Below, piece by piece: positions 51,701 through 61,480 of a stretch of 64,000 nucleotides of DNA; position 1 is the stretch's first letter; every line of letters begins with the position of its first letter. The DNA lies in IMG/VR virus record IMGVR_UViG_3300047373_000743, positions 1 through 64,000 of that record. One strand, written 5' to 3'. Below the pieces are notes generated by a model, which searched no databases, was not told the origin of the DNA, and saw only the letters and a program-made list of their open reading frames with translations. The stretch comes from a virus. A program made the translations under genes and the position numbers.

Positions 51701-52327
51701 ATGGCTAAAATGGATAAAGAAGATTTAAAACACGTGATTAAACGTTCACGGAAGTTGTTCAAAGGAGAGGAAATACCCAAAGTACATGGTTATGAAGGAG
51801 AAGTTGAAGAACTTGTAATCCGTCAGCCGGGTGAAGTCTGGACAGATAAAGATGGAAAAGAATGGAAACAGGTCGGCACAAACACAAAAACAAGGACCGA
51901 AACGGTAATGGACAAAATTAGAAAGTTATCAAGATCAGCACCAAATTGTCCCAAAGAAGTTTGCACGTGTGATACCACTAAGTTTTTAGATAAAAGAATG
52001 GTAGCAATGAAAGGGTTGTGTTTTGATTGTGTACAGGAAAAAGAGCAGAAGTTAAAAGACGAAGGAAAATATGATGCGTATGAAAAAAAGACTATGCTTG
52101 AAAATGAGAAAAGTTTTTTACTAGATGCCAAGATTAAAATGGCAGAATCAAAGCATTACATTGAAAATGATCCTCAATTTTTAAACGAAGATGGTTCACT
52201 TGAACAGTGGAATATACCAGAAAAAGGTAAGTTGATGGAAGATTTAAACTCGGATATTAAAGAAGTCGAAGATAGAATTAGTGGAATTGAAAAAGAACTT
52301 GAAGAGTTTGTTGATATAAAATTTTAA
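51701..52327 (+). CDS. Hypothetical Zn-binding coiled-coil protein upstream of terminase
   Basis: GEVWTD.DGKEW, CPKEVCTC and CFDC. Confidence 0.7.
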   Translation: MAKMDKEDLKHVIKRSRKLFKGEEIPKVHGYEGEVEELVIRQPGEVWTDKDGKEWKQVGTNTKTRTETVMDKIRKLSRSAPNCPKEVCTCDTTKFLDKRMVAMKGLCFDCVQEKEQKLKDEGKYDAYEKKTMLENEKSFLLDAKIKMAESKHYIENDPQFLNEDGSLEQWNIPEKGKLMEDLNSDIKEVEDRISGIEKELEEFVDIKF

Positions 52328-52355
52328 AAGTTTCAACGATACCTTGAAACTTTTT
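52326..52355 (+). terminator. Intrinsic terminator
   Basis: AAAAGTTTCAA-CGATACC-TTGAAACTTTT inverted repeat. Confidence 0.65.
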
Positions 52356-52381
52356 ATATTATAGAAAATTAAATACATATA

Positions 52382-52388
52382 TATTTAT
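52382..52388 (+). promoter_or_regulatory. Putative late promoter TATTTAT
   Basis: 5 nt before the terminase ATG. Confidence 0.6.
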
Positions 52389-52393
52389 CCTTA

Positions 52394-53995
52394 ATGGCAG
52401 ACGGACAGAAAGTGCCCTTAAGGGAAATAATAAAACAGGAATATACTGAGTGTTTGAAATCACCTTCGTACTTTATGAAAAAGTACTGCAAAATTCAACA
52501 TCCAACTCTTGGCACAATTCCGTTTGCTTTATACGATTTCCAGGATAAAACATTAGAAAGTTTTCGTGACGAACAATTCAATATAGTTCTCAAAGCTAGG
52601 CAAATGGGAATTTCTACATTAGTATCTGGATATGCGTTGTGGCTAATGACATTTTTCACAGACAAATCTATTTTATGTATTGCTATTAACCAAGAAACTG
52701 CAAAGAATGTTGTTACTAAGGTAACTCATATGTCTGAGAATTTACCAAGTTGGTTACGAAGTGAGAGTACTGAAAAAAATAAACTCAGTATGAAATTTAA
52801 AAACGGAAGCAGTATACGGGCTGCTCCTGCAACCGCAGATGCTTCTCGTTCGTCATCTTTGAGTTTACTTATTGTGGACGAGTGTGCGTTTATTCAGAAT
52901 ATGGAAGATATATGGACTGCATCACAATCAACGATTACAACAGGTGGTTGTTCTATTCTTCTTTCAACTCCAAACGGAATTGGTAACTTTTTCCACAAAA
53001 CCTGGGTCGGTTCAATGGACGGATCAAACGAATTTAATCCGATCAAACTTCATTGGAATTTACATCCAGACCGGGATCAAACGTGGAGAGATGCTCAAAC
53101 TAAACTACTTGGAGAAAAAGAAGCAGCTCAAGAGTGTGATTGTGATTTTATAAGCAGTGGTCGTTCTGTGGTAGATGCAACTTTAATTGAATGGTATAAA
53201 GAAACTTTAATACGAGACCCTATCGAAAAACGAGGAGCAAATAAAGAATACTGGATATGGGAATATCCAAATCATACCAAGGATTATGTAATAGCAGCTG
53301 ATGTTGCAAGGGGGGATGGACGAGACAAAAGTGCATTTCATGTATTTGATGTAGAAAATGTCCGACAAGTTGCTGAATTCAAAGGAGAAGTAGAAACTAA
53401 AGACTTTGGGAATCTCCTTGTTGCAGTTGCAAGTGAGTTTAATGGAGCATTGCTTGTGGTAGAAAATGCCAATATAGGATGGGCTGTACTTCAGCAAATT
53501 ATAGATAAAGGATATAATAATTTGTATTACACACAACGAGATTATCAGTATATAGATGAGTTTTCTCAACACACGAACAAACTTAGTCGTATGGAAAAAA
53601 ATCAAGTTCCTGGTTTCACTACCTCCATAAAAACCCGACCTTTGATTATAAGTAAAATGGAGAGTTATCTACGTGAAAAAGAAGTAGAAATATTATCCGA
53701 ACGAACTATGGAAGAGCTATTCACATTTGTGTGGAGTGGACAAAAAGCAGAAGCAATGCAAGGATACAACGATGACCTTGTTATGAGTTTGTGCATTGCA
53801 TTGTGGGTTCGTGACACGGCTCTGAGGTTTAGGTCAGAGAACATAGAAACACAAAAATCATTATTTGACTATATGGGAAGTACTACGAACATGGATGCGG
53901 GTGCAAACTATAGGAATTCAGGATTACAATCAAATCCATATGAAATGAAGAACCCACACGGTGGAACAGAAAATTTAGACTGGTTGCTTAAATAA
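52394..53995 (+). CDS. terL: Terminase large subunit (T4 gp17-like)
   Basis: LKARQMGIST, LLIVDECAF, LSTPNG, AADVARG and DDLVMS motifs. Confidence 0.95.
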   Translation: MADGQKVPLREIIKQEYTECLKSPSYFMKKYCKIQHPTLGTIPFALYDFQDKTLESFRDEQFNIVLKARQMGISTLVSGYALWLMTFFTDKSILCIAINQETAKNVVTKVTHMSENLPSWLRSESTEKNKLSMKFKNGSSIRAAPATADASRSSSLSLLIVDECAFIQNMEDIWTASQSTITTGGCSILLSTPNGIGNFFHKTWVGSMDGSNEFNPIKLHWNLHPDRDQTWRDAQTKLLGEKEAAQECDCDFISSGRSVVDATLIEWYKETLIRDPIEKRGANKEYWIWEYPNHTKDYVIAADVARGDGRDKSAFHVFDVENVRQVAEFKGEVETKDFGNLLVAVASEFNGALLVVENANIGWAVLQQIIDKGYNNLYYTQRDYQYIDEFSQHTNKLSRMEKNQVPGFTTSIKTRPLIISKMESYLREKEVEILSERTMEELFTFVWSGQKAEAMQGYNDDLVMSLCIALWVRDTALRFRSENIETQKSLFDYMGSTTNMDAGANYRNSGLQSNPYEMKNPHGGTENLDWLLK

Positions 53996-54020
53996 ACAAA
54001 AAACATTAGGAGACAATAAC

Positions 54021-54629
54021 ATGAAGAAAACGCCGAATATACTCATAGCATTGGGATTACTATTTTTTACAGGAGGTTGTGCAACACAATCATTACTACC
54101 TACCCGTGGAGTATACACGGAGTCTTCGTTTGAAACTTATGTGCAGGTAGAAAGTGTGGTTGATAAAATCATAGTCGGAGAAACCAAGTACTCAGATTTG
54201 GTTAATATGGGTCTTGATTTGGAAAACATACCTAATGTTAAAAAACTTACATACCTTGATGTAATGAGTAAGTTTAAGTTGGATAGTCCGTCACGATTTA
54301 CTTTGTTTAATAAAATAGAGTTGCCAAGTGGTGTTCTCAAAACGTTGGCTGCAAGAGAGTCCGGCCTTGCATATGAAATAAATCTAGAAAGACTTAAAAA
54401 TAAACGTGAGGGAAGTGTATTTTTAGATATGCTTAATTTTAGAAAAACGGTTCATACAACAGGGTGGAATATAAGTGTGTTGATTTTGATTGTAGATGAC
54501 ACCGTTGAATATGTTTTGTATTCTGGTGAAAAAAATATTGATCGTTTGGAAAAGGAAAAAAATCCACTAGGACCATTTCAGGGGTTTGATGGTGGGGATA
54601 TCATTGGGGCTGCAAGTGATTTACAATAA
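54021..54629 (+). CDS. Putative lipoprotein
   Basis: MKK, hydrophobic core and FTGG-C lipobox; strong AGGAG SD. Confidence 0.75.
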   Translation: MKKTPNILIALGLLFFTGGCATQSLLPTRGVYTESSFETYVQVESVVDKIIVGETKYSDLVNMGLDLENIPNVKKLTYLDVMSKFKLDSPSRFTLFNKIELPSGVLKTLAARESGLAYEINLERLKNKREGSVFLDMLNFRKTVHTTGWNISVLILIVDDTVEYVLYSGEKNIDRLEKEKNPLGPFQGFDGGDIIGAASDLQ

Positions 54630-54639
54630 TATATATTAG

Positions 54640-54668
54640 TTGACATATACATATATATTTCATACAAT
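54640..54668 (+). promoter_or_regulatory. Sigma70-like promoter TTGACA-17-TACAAT upstream of portal
   Basis: Near-consensus hexamers with 17-nt spacing. Confidence 0.65.
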
Positions 54669-54690
54669 CATACACTTATAAATTTATATT

Positions 54691-56550
54691 ATGGCAGATG
54701 ACCCAACACAACAAAACAAATTCTTCGGTGCATTAAAACGACTTTTCTCAAGTGGAGTAGTTGTTCGCAATGTAGGTGGTAAGAAACTGAAAGTAGCAGA
54801 TACTGATAATTTACAATATTCAAAACGAACCCGTGATAAGTATCAACGGATGCACACTATGTATAGTGATTATGCAAGTGGTTTCAACAATCTAGGGTTT
54901 CAGGCCGCACGACTTGAGTTGTTTAGTGATTATGAAGTAATGGATACTGATCCTATTATTTCAAGTGCATTAGACATTTATGCCGATGAATCTACTACAA
55001 AAAGTGAGTTTGGTGAAATTTTAAAAATTTCAAGTTCCGATTCAAATGTTAAAGGTATTCTTGAAAATTTATTTTATGATATATTGAATGTTGAATTTAA
55101 TTTATGGGGTTGGATTCGTAATATGTGTAAGTATGGAGATTTTTATCTGCATCTTGAGATTGAACCTGAGTATGGAGTATTGAATGTTAAACCAATTTCA
55201 ACCTACGAAATGACTCGTATAGAAGATATGGATCCTGATAACCCACAACTCGTAATGTTCAAACAGGAAGGTACGACTAAGGCACAATACGACAATTATG
55301 AAATAGCACACTTTCGGCTGCTAGGTGACACCAATTATCTTCCTTACGGAAAGAGTATGGTAGAAGCCGCACGAAGAGGTTGGAAGCAACTTCAACTTAT
55401 GGAAGATGCGATGCTCATTCATAGAATTATGAGAGCACCTGAGAAAAGAATGTTTTATATTGACATTGGTAATATTCCACCGAATGAAGTTGATAACTTT
55501 ATGCAGAAGGTTATCAATAAAATGAAAAAAGTTCCATTCGTTGATGAAAAAACAGGTGACTATAATCTTAAGTTTAATTTACAAAACATGACCGAAGATT
55601 TCTTTATGCCGGTTCGTGGTGGTGACAGTGGAACTCGGATTGAAAATTTGGGTGCTATGACTTATGATGGAACAGAAGACATTGAGTATGTCAAAAACAA
55701 AATGATGGCTGCACTTAAAGTTCCAAAAGCATTTTTAGGATACGATGAAAGTATAACAGGTAAAGCAACTTTAGCTGCAGAAGACATTCGTTTCGCACGA
55801 ACAATTGAAAGATTACAAAGAATCACGATCAGTGAGCTCACGAAGATTGCAATTGTTCATTTGTATTCACAGGGATATAAAGATGCAAAGTTAGTAGACT
55901 TTAGTTTAAAGTTGACTAATCCATCTACAATTTTTGAAGAAGAACGGGTTAGAATTTTGTCAGAAAAATTAAGCACCGCGCGTGATATGATAGACGCAAA
56001 AATGTTTTCAAAAGATTGGGTATATGATAAAATATTTGGTCTTGCTGACGATGAAGTCAATGAAATTAGAAGTAATTTTATTGATGATGCAAAAGAATAT
56101 TATAGATTAGAAAGCATTCAAAACGAAGGAAACGATCCTGCTGACCCAAATCAACCAGACGAAGAAGGAGATGATGACGGGTGGGGATTTGGTGAGTTTG
56201 ATAAAATGACAGACGAAGAAAAAGAAGCAGTTCATAAACGAAAAAAAGAAGAAAAGAAACGCAAAAACGCAGGAAACAAATATGATCATCCGGATGACAA
56301 ACCGTTTGGTCGTGATTCCATTGGGGCAGATGACCGAAGAAACAACGGCCGAGATTGGGGGGATAGTCCTTTAAAATTAGAAACAGACCTGTCAAAACTT
56401 GACAAATTTCTTACAAACAAGCAAAAAGTTTCACATAAAAAGCCTACCGAAATGACCAAATTAATCTGCGAAGAAGACCCAAATACAGAGACCCCCACGA
56501 CCAAAACTACACCAAGTTATTTAGACGATAAAAATATAATAGAAAAATAA
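54691..56550 (+). CDS. Portal protein (T4 gp20-like)
   Basis: LMEDAMLIHRIMRAPEKRMFYIDIGN, EDFFMPVRGG and ALKVPKAFL. Confidence 0.95.
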   Translation: MADDPTQQNKFFGALKRLFSSGVVVRNVGGKKLKVADTDNLQYSKRTRDKYQRMHTMYSDYASGFNNLGFQAARLELFSDYEVMDTDPIISSALDIYADESTTKSEFGEILKISSSDSNVKGILENLFYDILNVEFNLWGWIRNMCKYGDFYLHLEIEPEYGVLNVKPISTYEMTRIEDMDPDNPQLVMFKQEGTTKAQYDNYEIAHFRLLGDTNYLPYGKSMVEAARRGWKQLQLMEDAMLIHRIMRAPEKRMFYIDIGNIPPNEVDNFMQKVINKMKKVPFVDEKTGDYNLKFNLQNMTEDFFMPVRGGDSGTRIENLGAMTYDGTEDIEYVKNKMMAALKVPKAFLGYDESITGKATLAAEDIRFARTIERLQRITISELTKIAIVHLYSQGYKDAKLVDFSLKLTNPSTIFEEERVRILSEKLSTARDMIDAKMFSKDWVYDKIFGLADDEVNEIRSNFIDDAKEYYRLESIQNEGNDPADPNQPDEEGDDDGWGFGEFDKMTDEEKEAVHKRKKEEKKRKNAGNKYDHPDDKPFGRDSIGADDRRNNGRDWGDSPLKLETDLSKLDKFLTNKQKVSHKKPTEMTKLICEEDPNTETPTTKTTPSYLDDKNIIEK

Positions 56551-56612
56551 TTAGTTAAAATCTATTTTATATTTATATTTATACTCGTATATATACATAA
56601 GCAAGCATTAGT

Positions 56613-57482
56613 GTGAAAAAATTAAAACATAGTAAATACAAAAATACTGGTATATTATTTGAGTTGTTGGTACGGCAAATAACGGCCGACGTACTCGATG
56701 GCAATGATACGGCCGATGCGAATAAATTGTTAAAAAAACATTTTGCAGAAAATACAAGTTTAGGAAAAGAACAAAGATTATATCAGTTATTGGTTGAAGA
56801 AACTACATCTGATAAATCTCGTGCAGAGTCTTTGTTGGAAGCAGTTACTCGTAATTATAAAAAGTTATCAACAAAAGAACTTGCTTCTGCTAGATACGAG
56901 TTGGTAAAAGATATAAAAGAATCATATCCAATAAATGATTTATTTCGTGCCAAAATTAAAAACTACAAAACATATGCAAGTATTTTTAAATTGTTTGAAA
57001 GTTATAATCCAAATGTATATTGTGATCCCACGGAGATAATAGAGTCAACTGATACTATAATTGGAAACTTATGTACATCCCAATCAAACAAAAATGAAGT
57101 AGCTGATGTAAACGAGTACGAAAAGCAAAACGAAGATCTTAGGTTAATCACATATAAGTTGCTCGTAGATAATTTTAATAAAAAATATAGTGCATTGGAT
57201 GAATCTCAACAAACACTTCTTAAAAACTACATCAATAACATTTCAAATACAAACAGTTTACGAGAATATATAAACAGCCAAGTTCCGTTAATTAAAACAG
57301 AGATTGAAAAATATTCTAAATTTGTAGATGATGATGTTGTAAAAATTAAGTTAAATGAGGTAGTTTCTCAATTAGATAAAACAACCGAAGGTAAAGTTGT
57401 TAAAGATTCACAGGTATCCACGTTGTTAATGAGTTATGAGTTAGTCAAGGAACTTAAACGACATGCAGACATTGGAAAATAA
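56613..57482 (+). CDS. Head-module protein
   Basis: KHSKYKNTGILFELLVRQIT; follows portal; tandem TATTTAT at 56570-56582. Confidence 0.7.
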   Translation: MKKLKHSKYKNTGILFELLVRQITADVLDGNDTADANKLLKKHFAENTSLGKEQRLYQLLVEETTSDKSRAESLLEAVTRNYKKLSTKELASARYELVKDIKESYPINDLFRAKIKNYKTYASIFKLFESYNPNVYCDPTEIIESTDTIIGNLCTSQSNKNEVADVNEYEKQNEDLRLITYKLLVDNFNKKYSALDESQQTLLKNYINNISNTNSLREYINSQVPLIKTEIEKYSKFVDDDVVKIKLNEVVSQLDKTTEGKVVKDSQVSTLLMSYELVKELKRHADIGK

Positions 57483-57954
57483 ACTTAGGTCTGTAATTAG
57501 AGATATTCTCCGAGAAATTATAGAAGAATACTCAGATATCACTGAAATAAACACAACTGCCAATATAGACGGATATCAAACTCCATATGCGTTTAGTGGT
57601 GATGATGATGACGAAGAATCTCACACAAAAAAAATAAAATCAAGAGCAGAGGTATTTGATTTTAAATCTATTAAAAATAAAAAAGAAAATACGGTAAGTA
57701 TTTCGGAAGGTAAAAGTTTATTTCATCTGTATCGTGATTCAAGTGATTATACATCCGAGCAAAAACTTGGCATCACTGTACGTGAAATAAATAAACTTTT
57801 GAGTGAGATAGATAAACTAGCTACCATTTCATCAAGATTCAAGATAGAAAAAAACATAAATAATGAAAAAATGTGGAAAACAACAAACCGATATTTAATG
57901 AAACTTGATGAAAAAATAAAAAGAATTTCAACAAAAATAAAAGAATTAAGGTAA
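57463..57954 (+). CDS. Putative prohead core/internal protein
   Basis: KLRSVIRDILREIIEE leader; ITE/ISE motifs; GYQTPYAF. Confidence 0.65.
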   Translation: MQTLENKLRSVIRDILREIIEEYSDITEINTTANIDGYQTPYAFSGDDDDEESHTKKIKSRAEVFDFKSIKNKKENTVSISEGKSLFHLYRDSSDYTSEQKLGITVREINKLLSEIDKLATISSRFKIEKNINNEKMWKTTNRYLMKLDEKIKRISTKIKELR

Positions 57955-57959
57955 CCGTT

Positions 57960-58394
57960 ATGAAAAATTGTACACGACTAGATGTAGTAACTGCTAATAT
58001 TAGAGAAGCTGATGATATAAAACCAAAACCATCTCCACAAAAAAACTCAGATCATATCTGGAATCTTAGAAAAAACTCCATGCCAAGTGAAGAATGGTAT
58101 GTCTCAGACCAATCTTTGAAAATATCAGAAAGTATAGGAGGTGGTGAGTCAAACTTAGACGTCAGTATAGTTTATGAAAAAAAATTACAAAAATTCATAA
58201 ATAAAATAGAATTTAATTTAAATCAAACCGGAGAAAAGCAACCAAGCAAACTCTCTGATAAAATAATACGTGAGTTAAATAATCTATCGTCAGCAGCCAG
58301 CGAACTTGCTCAGAGGTTATCTAAGTCCGATACACCAACTGATCTAGTAGAAGATGTTCAAGCAGAACTACCCTCTGAAATTTCTGATGAGTGA
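57960..58394 (+). CDS. Hypothetical head-module protein
   Basis: 144 aa ORF in operon context. Confidence 0.6.
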   Translation: MKNCTRLDVVTANIREADDIKPKPSPQKNSDHIWNLRKNSMPSEEWYVSDQSLKISESIGGGESNLDVSIVYEKKLQKFINKIEFNLNQTGEKQPSKLSDKIIRELNNLSSAASELAQRLSKSDTPTDLVEDVQAELPSEISDE

Positions 58395-59001
58395 TCCGAG
58401 TATAGAAAAATATAAGTCTGCACTTACAAACCTTGGTGTAGCAGTTAAGTCTGCACACAAAACGAAAGAAGGAAAGCAATTATCTTCTGATTACTGGGTA
58501 GATGTCATTAAGATGTTAAAAAAAGCAAAACTTGGAATATCGATGATGGAACTTGGAATTGATGATGAATCAGAAATATCAACTACACATGATACGTCAC
58601 CTGATTCCGAGTCTAACGCAGATGATTCAAATACACCTCCAAAATCTCCACCTGATGCTACTGGTGATCCCGATAAGGACACCGATTCAAAGTTGGCTGC
58701 AATTGGTTTAAAGAAAGAATCGTATAAAAACAAACAATTTTACGACACAATGAACCACCTTGGTATATTATTATCAGAGCAGTTTGGTAAAATCAAAAAA
58801 GACGGTGCCGAGTATAGTGTGGATATTGATAGTCGTAAGTTTACAATAAAGTTTGACGATAAGTTTTTTATGGTCACCGAAGACTATAATTTTGAATTAG
58901 GTGGTACGGAAGATATTCAGAAGGTGGTTGATACATTCACTAAATTATCGTTAGTATCACATGAAGAACTCGTAAGTGAATACAACAAAGACTTGGTTTA
59001 A
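58387..59001 (+). CDS. Hypothetical head-module protein
   Basis: ATG 58387 overlapping the upstream stop is preferred over 58354. Confidence 0.6.
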   Translation: MSDPSIEKYKSALTNLGVAVKSAHKTKEGKQLSSDYWVDVIKMLKKAKLGISMMELGIDDESEISTTHDTSPDSESNADDSNTPPKSPPDATGDPDKDTDSKLAAIGLKKESYKNKQFYDTMNHLGILLSEQFGKIKKDGAEYSVDIDSRKFTIKFDDKFFMVTEDYNFELGGTEDIQKVVDTFTKLSLVSHEELVSEYNKDLV

Positions 59002-59047
59002 TGGTTATTTCATTAAAAAAATAAATAAATCAGGATACATATATACT

Positions 59048-59054
59048 TATTTAT
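59048..59054 (+). promoter_or_regulatory. Putative late promoter TATTTAT
   Basis: 6 nt before the protease ATG. Confidence 0.6.
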
Positions 59055-59060
59055 ATTAAC

Positions 59061-59690
59061 ATGGCAAAAAAAGTAATAGTATCCACCCTGCCCTTCGAAT
59101 TTAGTCCTGAGCAGATAAATGAAAGTATAGAAAAGAATTCTGGAAAACTGGTTGTCAGAGGAATTCTTCAAAAAGCAGCTGAGCAAAACCAAAACGGGAG
59201 AGTTTACACACGGTCTTTATTAGAACGAGAAGCAGGTAAATATCAAGAACTGATTGATGATCGTAGAGCTCTAGGAGAACTTGACCATCCAGAGAGTAGT
59301 GTTGTTAACTTGCAAAATGTAAGTCACAATGTTACTAAAATGTGGTGGGATGGTGATAATCTAATTGGAAATGTAGAAGTATTAGGAACTCCATCTGGTA
59401 ATATTTTAAAAGAATTATTTAAGTCTGGTATCACACTTGGTATAAGTTCACGTGGAATGGGAACAACCCGTGAGAGTGAAGGAAAAACACTCGTAAACGA
59501 TGATTTTGAATTGGTGGCATTTGATTTTGTTAGCAATCCATCGACACGGGGTGCATTTCTTGAACCAGTTAATTTAAATGAATCAGTTTCATACGACAAA
59601 AAAATTGTAACATCTGGTCGTGTTTGTACACAATATTGTAAAGTAGAAGGACTTGTTCACGAAATATTAGGTGAAATCGGAGAAATGTAA
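59061..59690 (+). CDS. Prohead core protease (T4 gp21-like)
   Basis: NQNGRVY, ALGELDHP, GISSRGMG and FDFVSNPS motifs. Confidence 0.95.
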   Translation: MAKKVIVSTLPFEFSPEQINESIEKNSGKLVVRGILQKAAEQNQNGRVYTRSLLEREAGKYQELIDDRRALGELDHPESSVVNLQNVSHNVTKMWWDGDNLIGNVEVLGTPSGNILKELFKSGITLGISSRGMGTTRESEGKTLVNDDFELVAFDFVSNPSTRGAFLEPVNLNESVSYDKKIVTSGRVCTQYCKVEGLVHEILGEIGEM

Positions 59691-60151
59691 TGGGCAAAGA
59701 TATTTCCAAGTTAATAAAATCAACCATTTTAGAAGTTCTAAAAGAAGAGAAACAAAAGCAACTTAATGAATTCAATCCATCAACGGGTAGGTTTGAGGAT
59801 GAAGGTCTGTCATCTGAGCAAAAAAAGTTAACATCTGAAAAAATTTCTAAATTTGGTAATTATCAATCATACATCACCCATGAAGCAAAAGATACGGACA
59901 TAGCAGAGGATATATGTAATATCGTTGAAAATGCGTCTAAGTATATTCTCAATGAAACAGATGATTGGTTTGATGCAATGAGTGTAAAACGTAATCTAAA
60001 AGAAATCAAAACTCTTGCTAAAGAATTTTACAAAACTGCAAACGAAAGACAAGTATACACACAACGTATGCAAAGTTTGTATGAAGATATGGGCAACATC
60101 CTAAACAGATATTTTGAAATAAACGGAGAAATTACCGATGAACAGAAGTGA
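59690..60151 (+). CDS. Putative prohead core protein
   Basis: ISKLIKSTILEVLKEE...QLNE leader; DWFD...YEDMG.IL.RYFEI. Confidence 0.65.
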   Translation: MGKDISKLIKSTILEVLKEEKQKQLNEFNPSTGRFEDEGLSSEQKKLTSEKISKFGNYQSYITHEAKDTDIAEDICNIVENASKYILNETDDWFDAMSVKRNLKEIKTLAKEFYKTANERQVYTQRMQSLYEDMGNILNRYFEINGEITDEQK

Positions 60152-60869
60152 ACTTAAAAAATATGTAACAAAGATTCTGCTTGAAAAGCTCAACCAGACA
60201 CCAAGTGTACACGGTAAGCTTGTTAAAAAAACACTTAGCTATCGTGGTGTGGTGAGGGAGTGTGTTGTAAGTGGAACAATTGAGGATGCAAACTCATATG
60301 CAAATGAACACAATTTATCATTTAATATTTCCGAAGATTCTCATTTTGGAGGTCATTATGTAGATGAAATGACTTCATATGAATTTCAACCAAATCCTGA
60401 ATTTTATGGAGAAATGATGGAGACATCTATGTCAGCACGAGAACAACTTGCAAGAATTTGTGGAACAAACGACCAAGTACTTACAGAAGTTGATGTACAA
60501 AATACAGAAAAGTTAGTTGAATTCATTTATACAAATGAATCTTTTTATAAAGAACGAACAAATTTGGTATTTGAGTTGATTGAAACCAAAGTTGAAAATA
60601 GACTGCACGACAGAACTCAATTTAAAAAGTTATTTGAGTATTTGGTAAAACAATCATGTTTATTGTATACAGATGATAACATTGAATTATCTGAATCAGA
60701 ACTTGAATATGCCACTAATCTAATATCTAAACGATTTTTTGACAATTATGCATCGGGTAAAGAGACCGAGGTTGAAGAAAACACTATATGTGGAAAAAAA
60801 ACATTTAAAACAGGAAGTGCATTTGAGAATATGCAAAGAATAGTATCAGGACACAATATGTTCCTATAA
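60138..60869 (+). CDS. Hypothetical head-module protein
   Basis: MNRSELKKYVTKILLE leader; GGAG SD. Confidence 0.65.
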   Translation: MNRSELKKYVTKILLEKLNQTPSVHGKLVKKTLSYRGVVRECVVSGTIEDANSYANEHNLSFNISEDSHFGGHYVDEMTSYEFQPNPEFYGEMMETSMSAREQLARICGTNDQVLTEVDVQNTEKLVEFIYTNESFYKERTNLVFELIETKVENRLHDRTQFKKLFEYLVKQSCLLYTDDNIELSESELEYATNLISKRFFDNYASGKETEVEENTICGKKTFKTGSAFENMQRIVSGHNMFL

Positions 60870-60881
60870 GGAAATCTAAAT

Positions 60882-61388
60882 ATGAAAATTACAAAAAAAG
60901 AACTAAGAGAAGTTATTCAAGAAGTCGCAGACGAACTTGGATTATTTGAAGGTTTAACTAAAGCACAAGAAAAACTACCAGAACCACTTAAAAAAGCAAT
61001 TCTTAAAAAGCAAGAGCAAGACGGAGTTTCTGATGATTCAGATGACGAAAATATCACCGAGGGAAATGCGTGGGGTCTTGCAATTAAAAAAGCAAGAGAA
61101 GAAAATCTCAAGGAATTTGAATTCAACGGAAAGAAATACAAATTAACTGAAAAGAAAAAGAAAGTTAACGAAGAAACTGAATCCGAAGATACTGATGAGT
61201 TTGTGGGTGATGCAGAAGACGAAGTAGAAGAAGGAAACGCATTCGGTGCAGCTGTCACAAAAGCAAAAGAAGACGGAGAAAAAGAATTCGAAGTTGATGG
61301 AAAAACTTACAAGGTGACCGAAGATTGGTCGAAGATAACATTAGCAGAGAAACTTGATAGAATTCTTGGAAATAAACGAGTTTTGTAA
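60882..61388 (+). CDS. Putative internal head protein with a duplicated EGNA(W/F)...KEFE.(N/D)GK.YK module
   Basis: MKITKKELREVIQE leader; internal repeat visible in the translation. Confidence 0.7.
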   Translation: MKITKKELREVIQEVADELGLFEGLTKAQEKLPEPLKKAILKKQEQDGVSDDSDDENITEGNAWGLAIKKAREENLKEFEFNGKKYKLTEKKKKVNEETESEDTDEFVGDAEDEVEEGNAFGAAVTKAKEDGEKEFEVDGKTYKVTEDWSKITLAEKLDRILGNKRVL

Positions 61389-61418
61389 AAAAATAAACTT
61401 AAAAACAACTTAAAATAC

Positions 61419-61447
61419 AAAAAAAGGAAGATTTCTTCCTTTTTTTT
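61419..61447. terminator. Intrinsic, possibly bidirectional, terminator
   Basis: AAAAAAAGGAAG-ATTT-CTTCCTTTTTTT. Confidence 0.85.
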
Positions 61448-61480
61448 ATAAATTTTTATATATTTTAGGATATAAGTATA

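Noticed and set aside
52394-53995. Intein or intron in terminase, portal or primase
   Set aside because: Lengths are normal and motifs contiguous.
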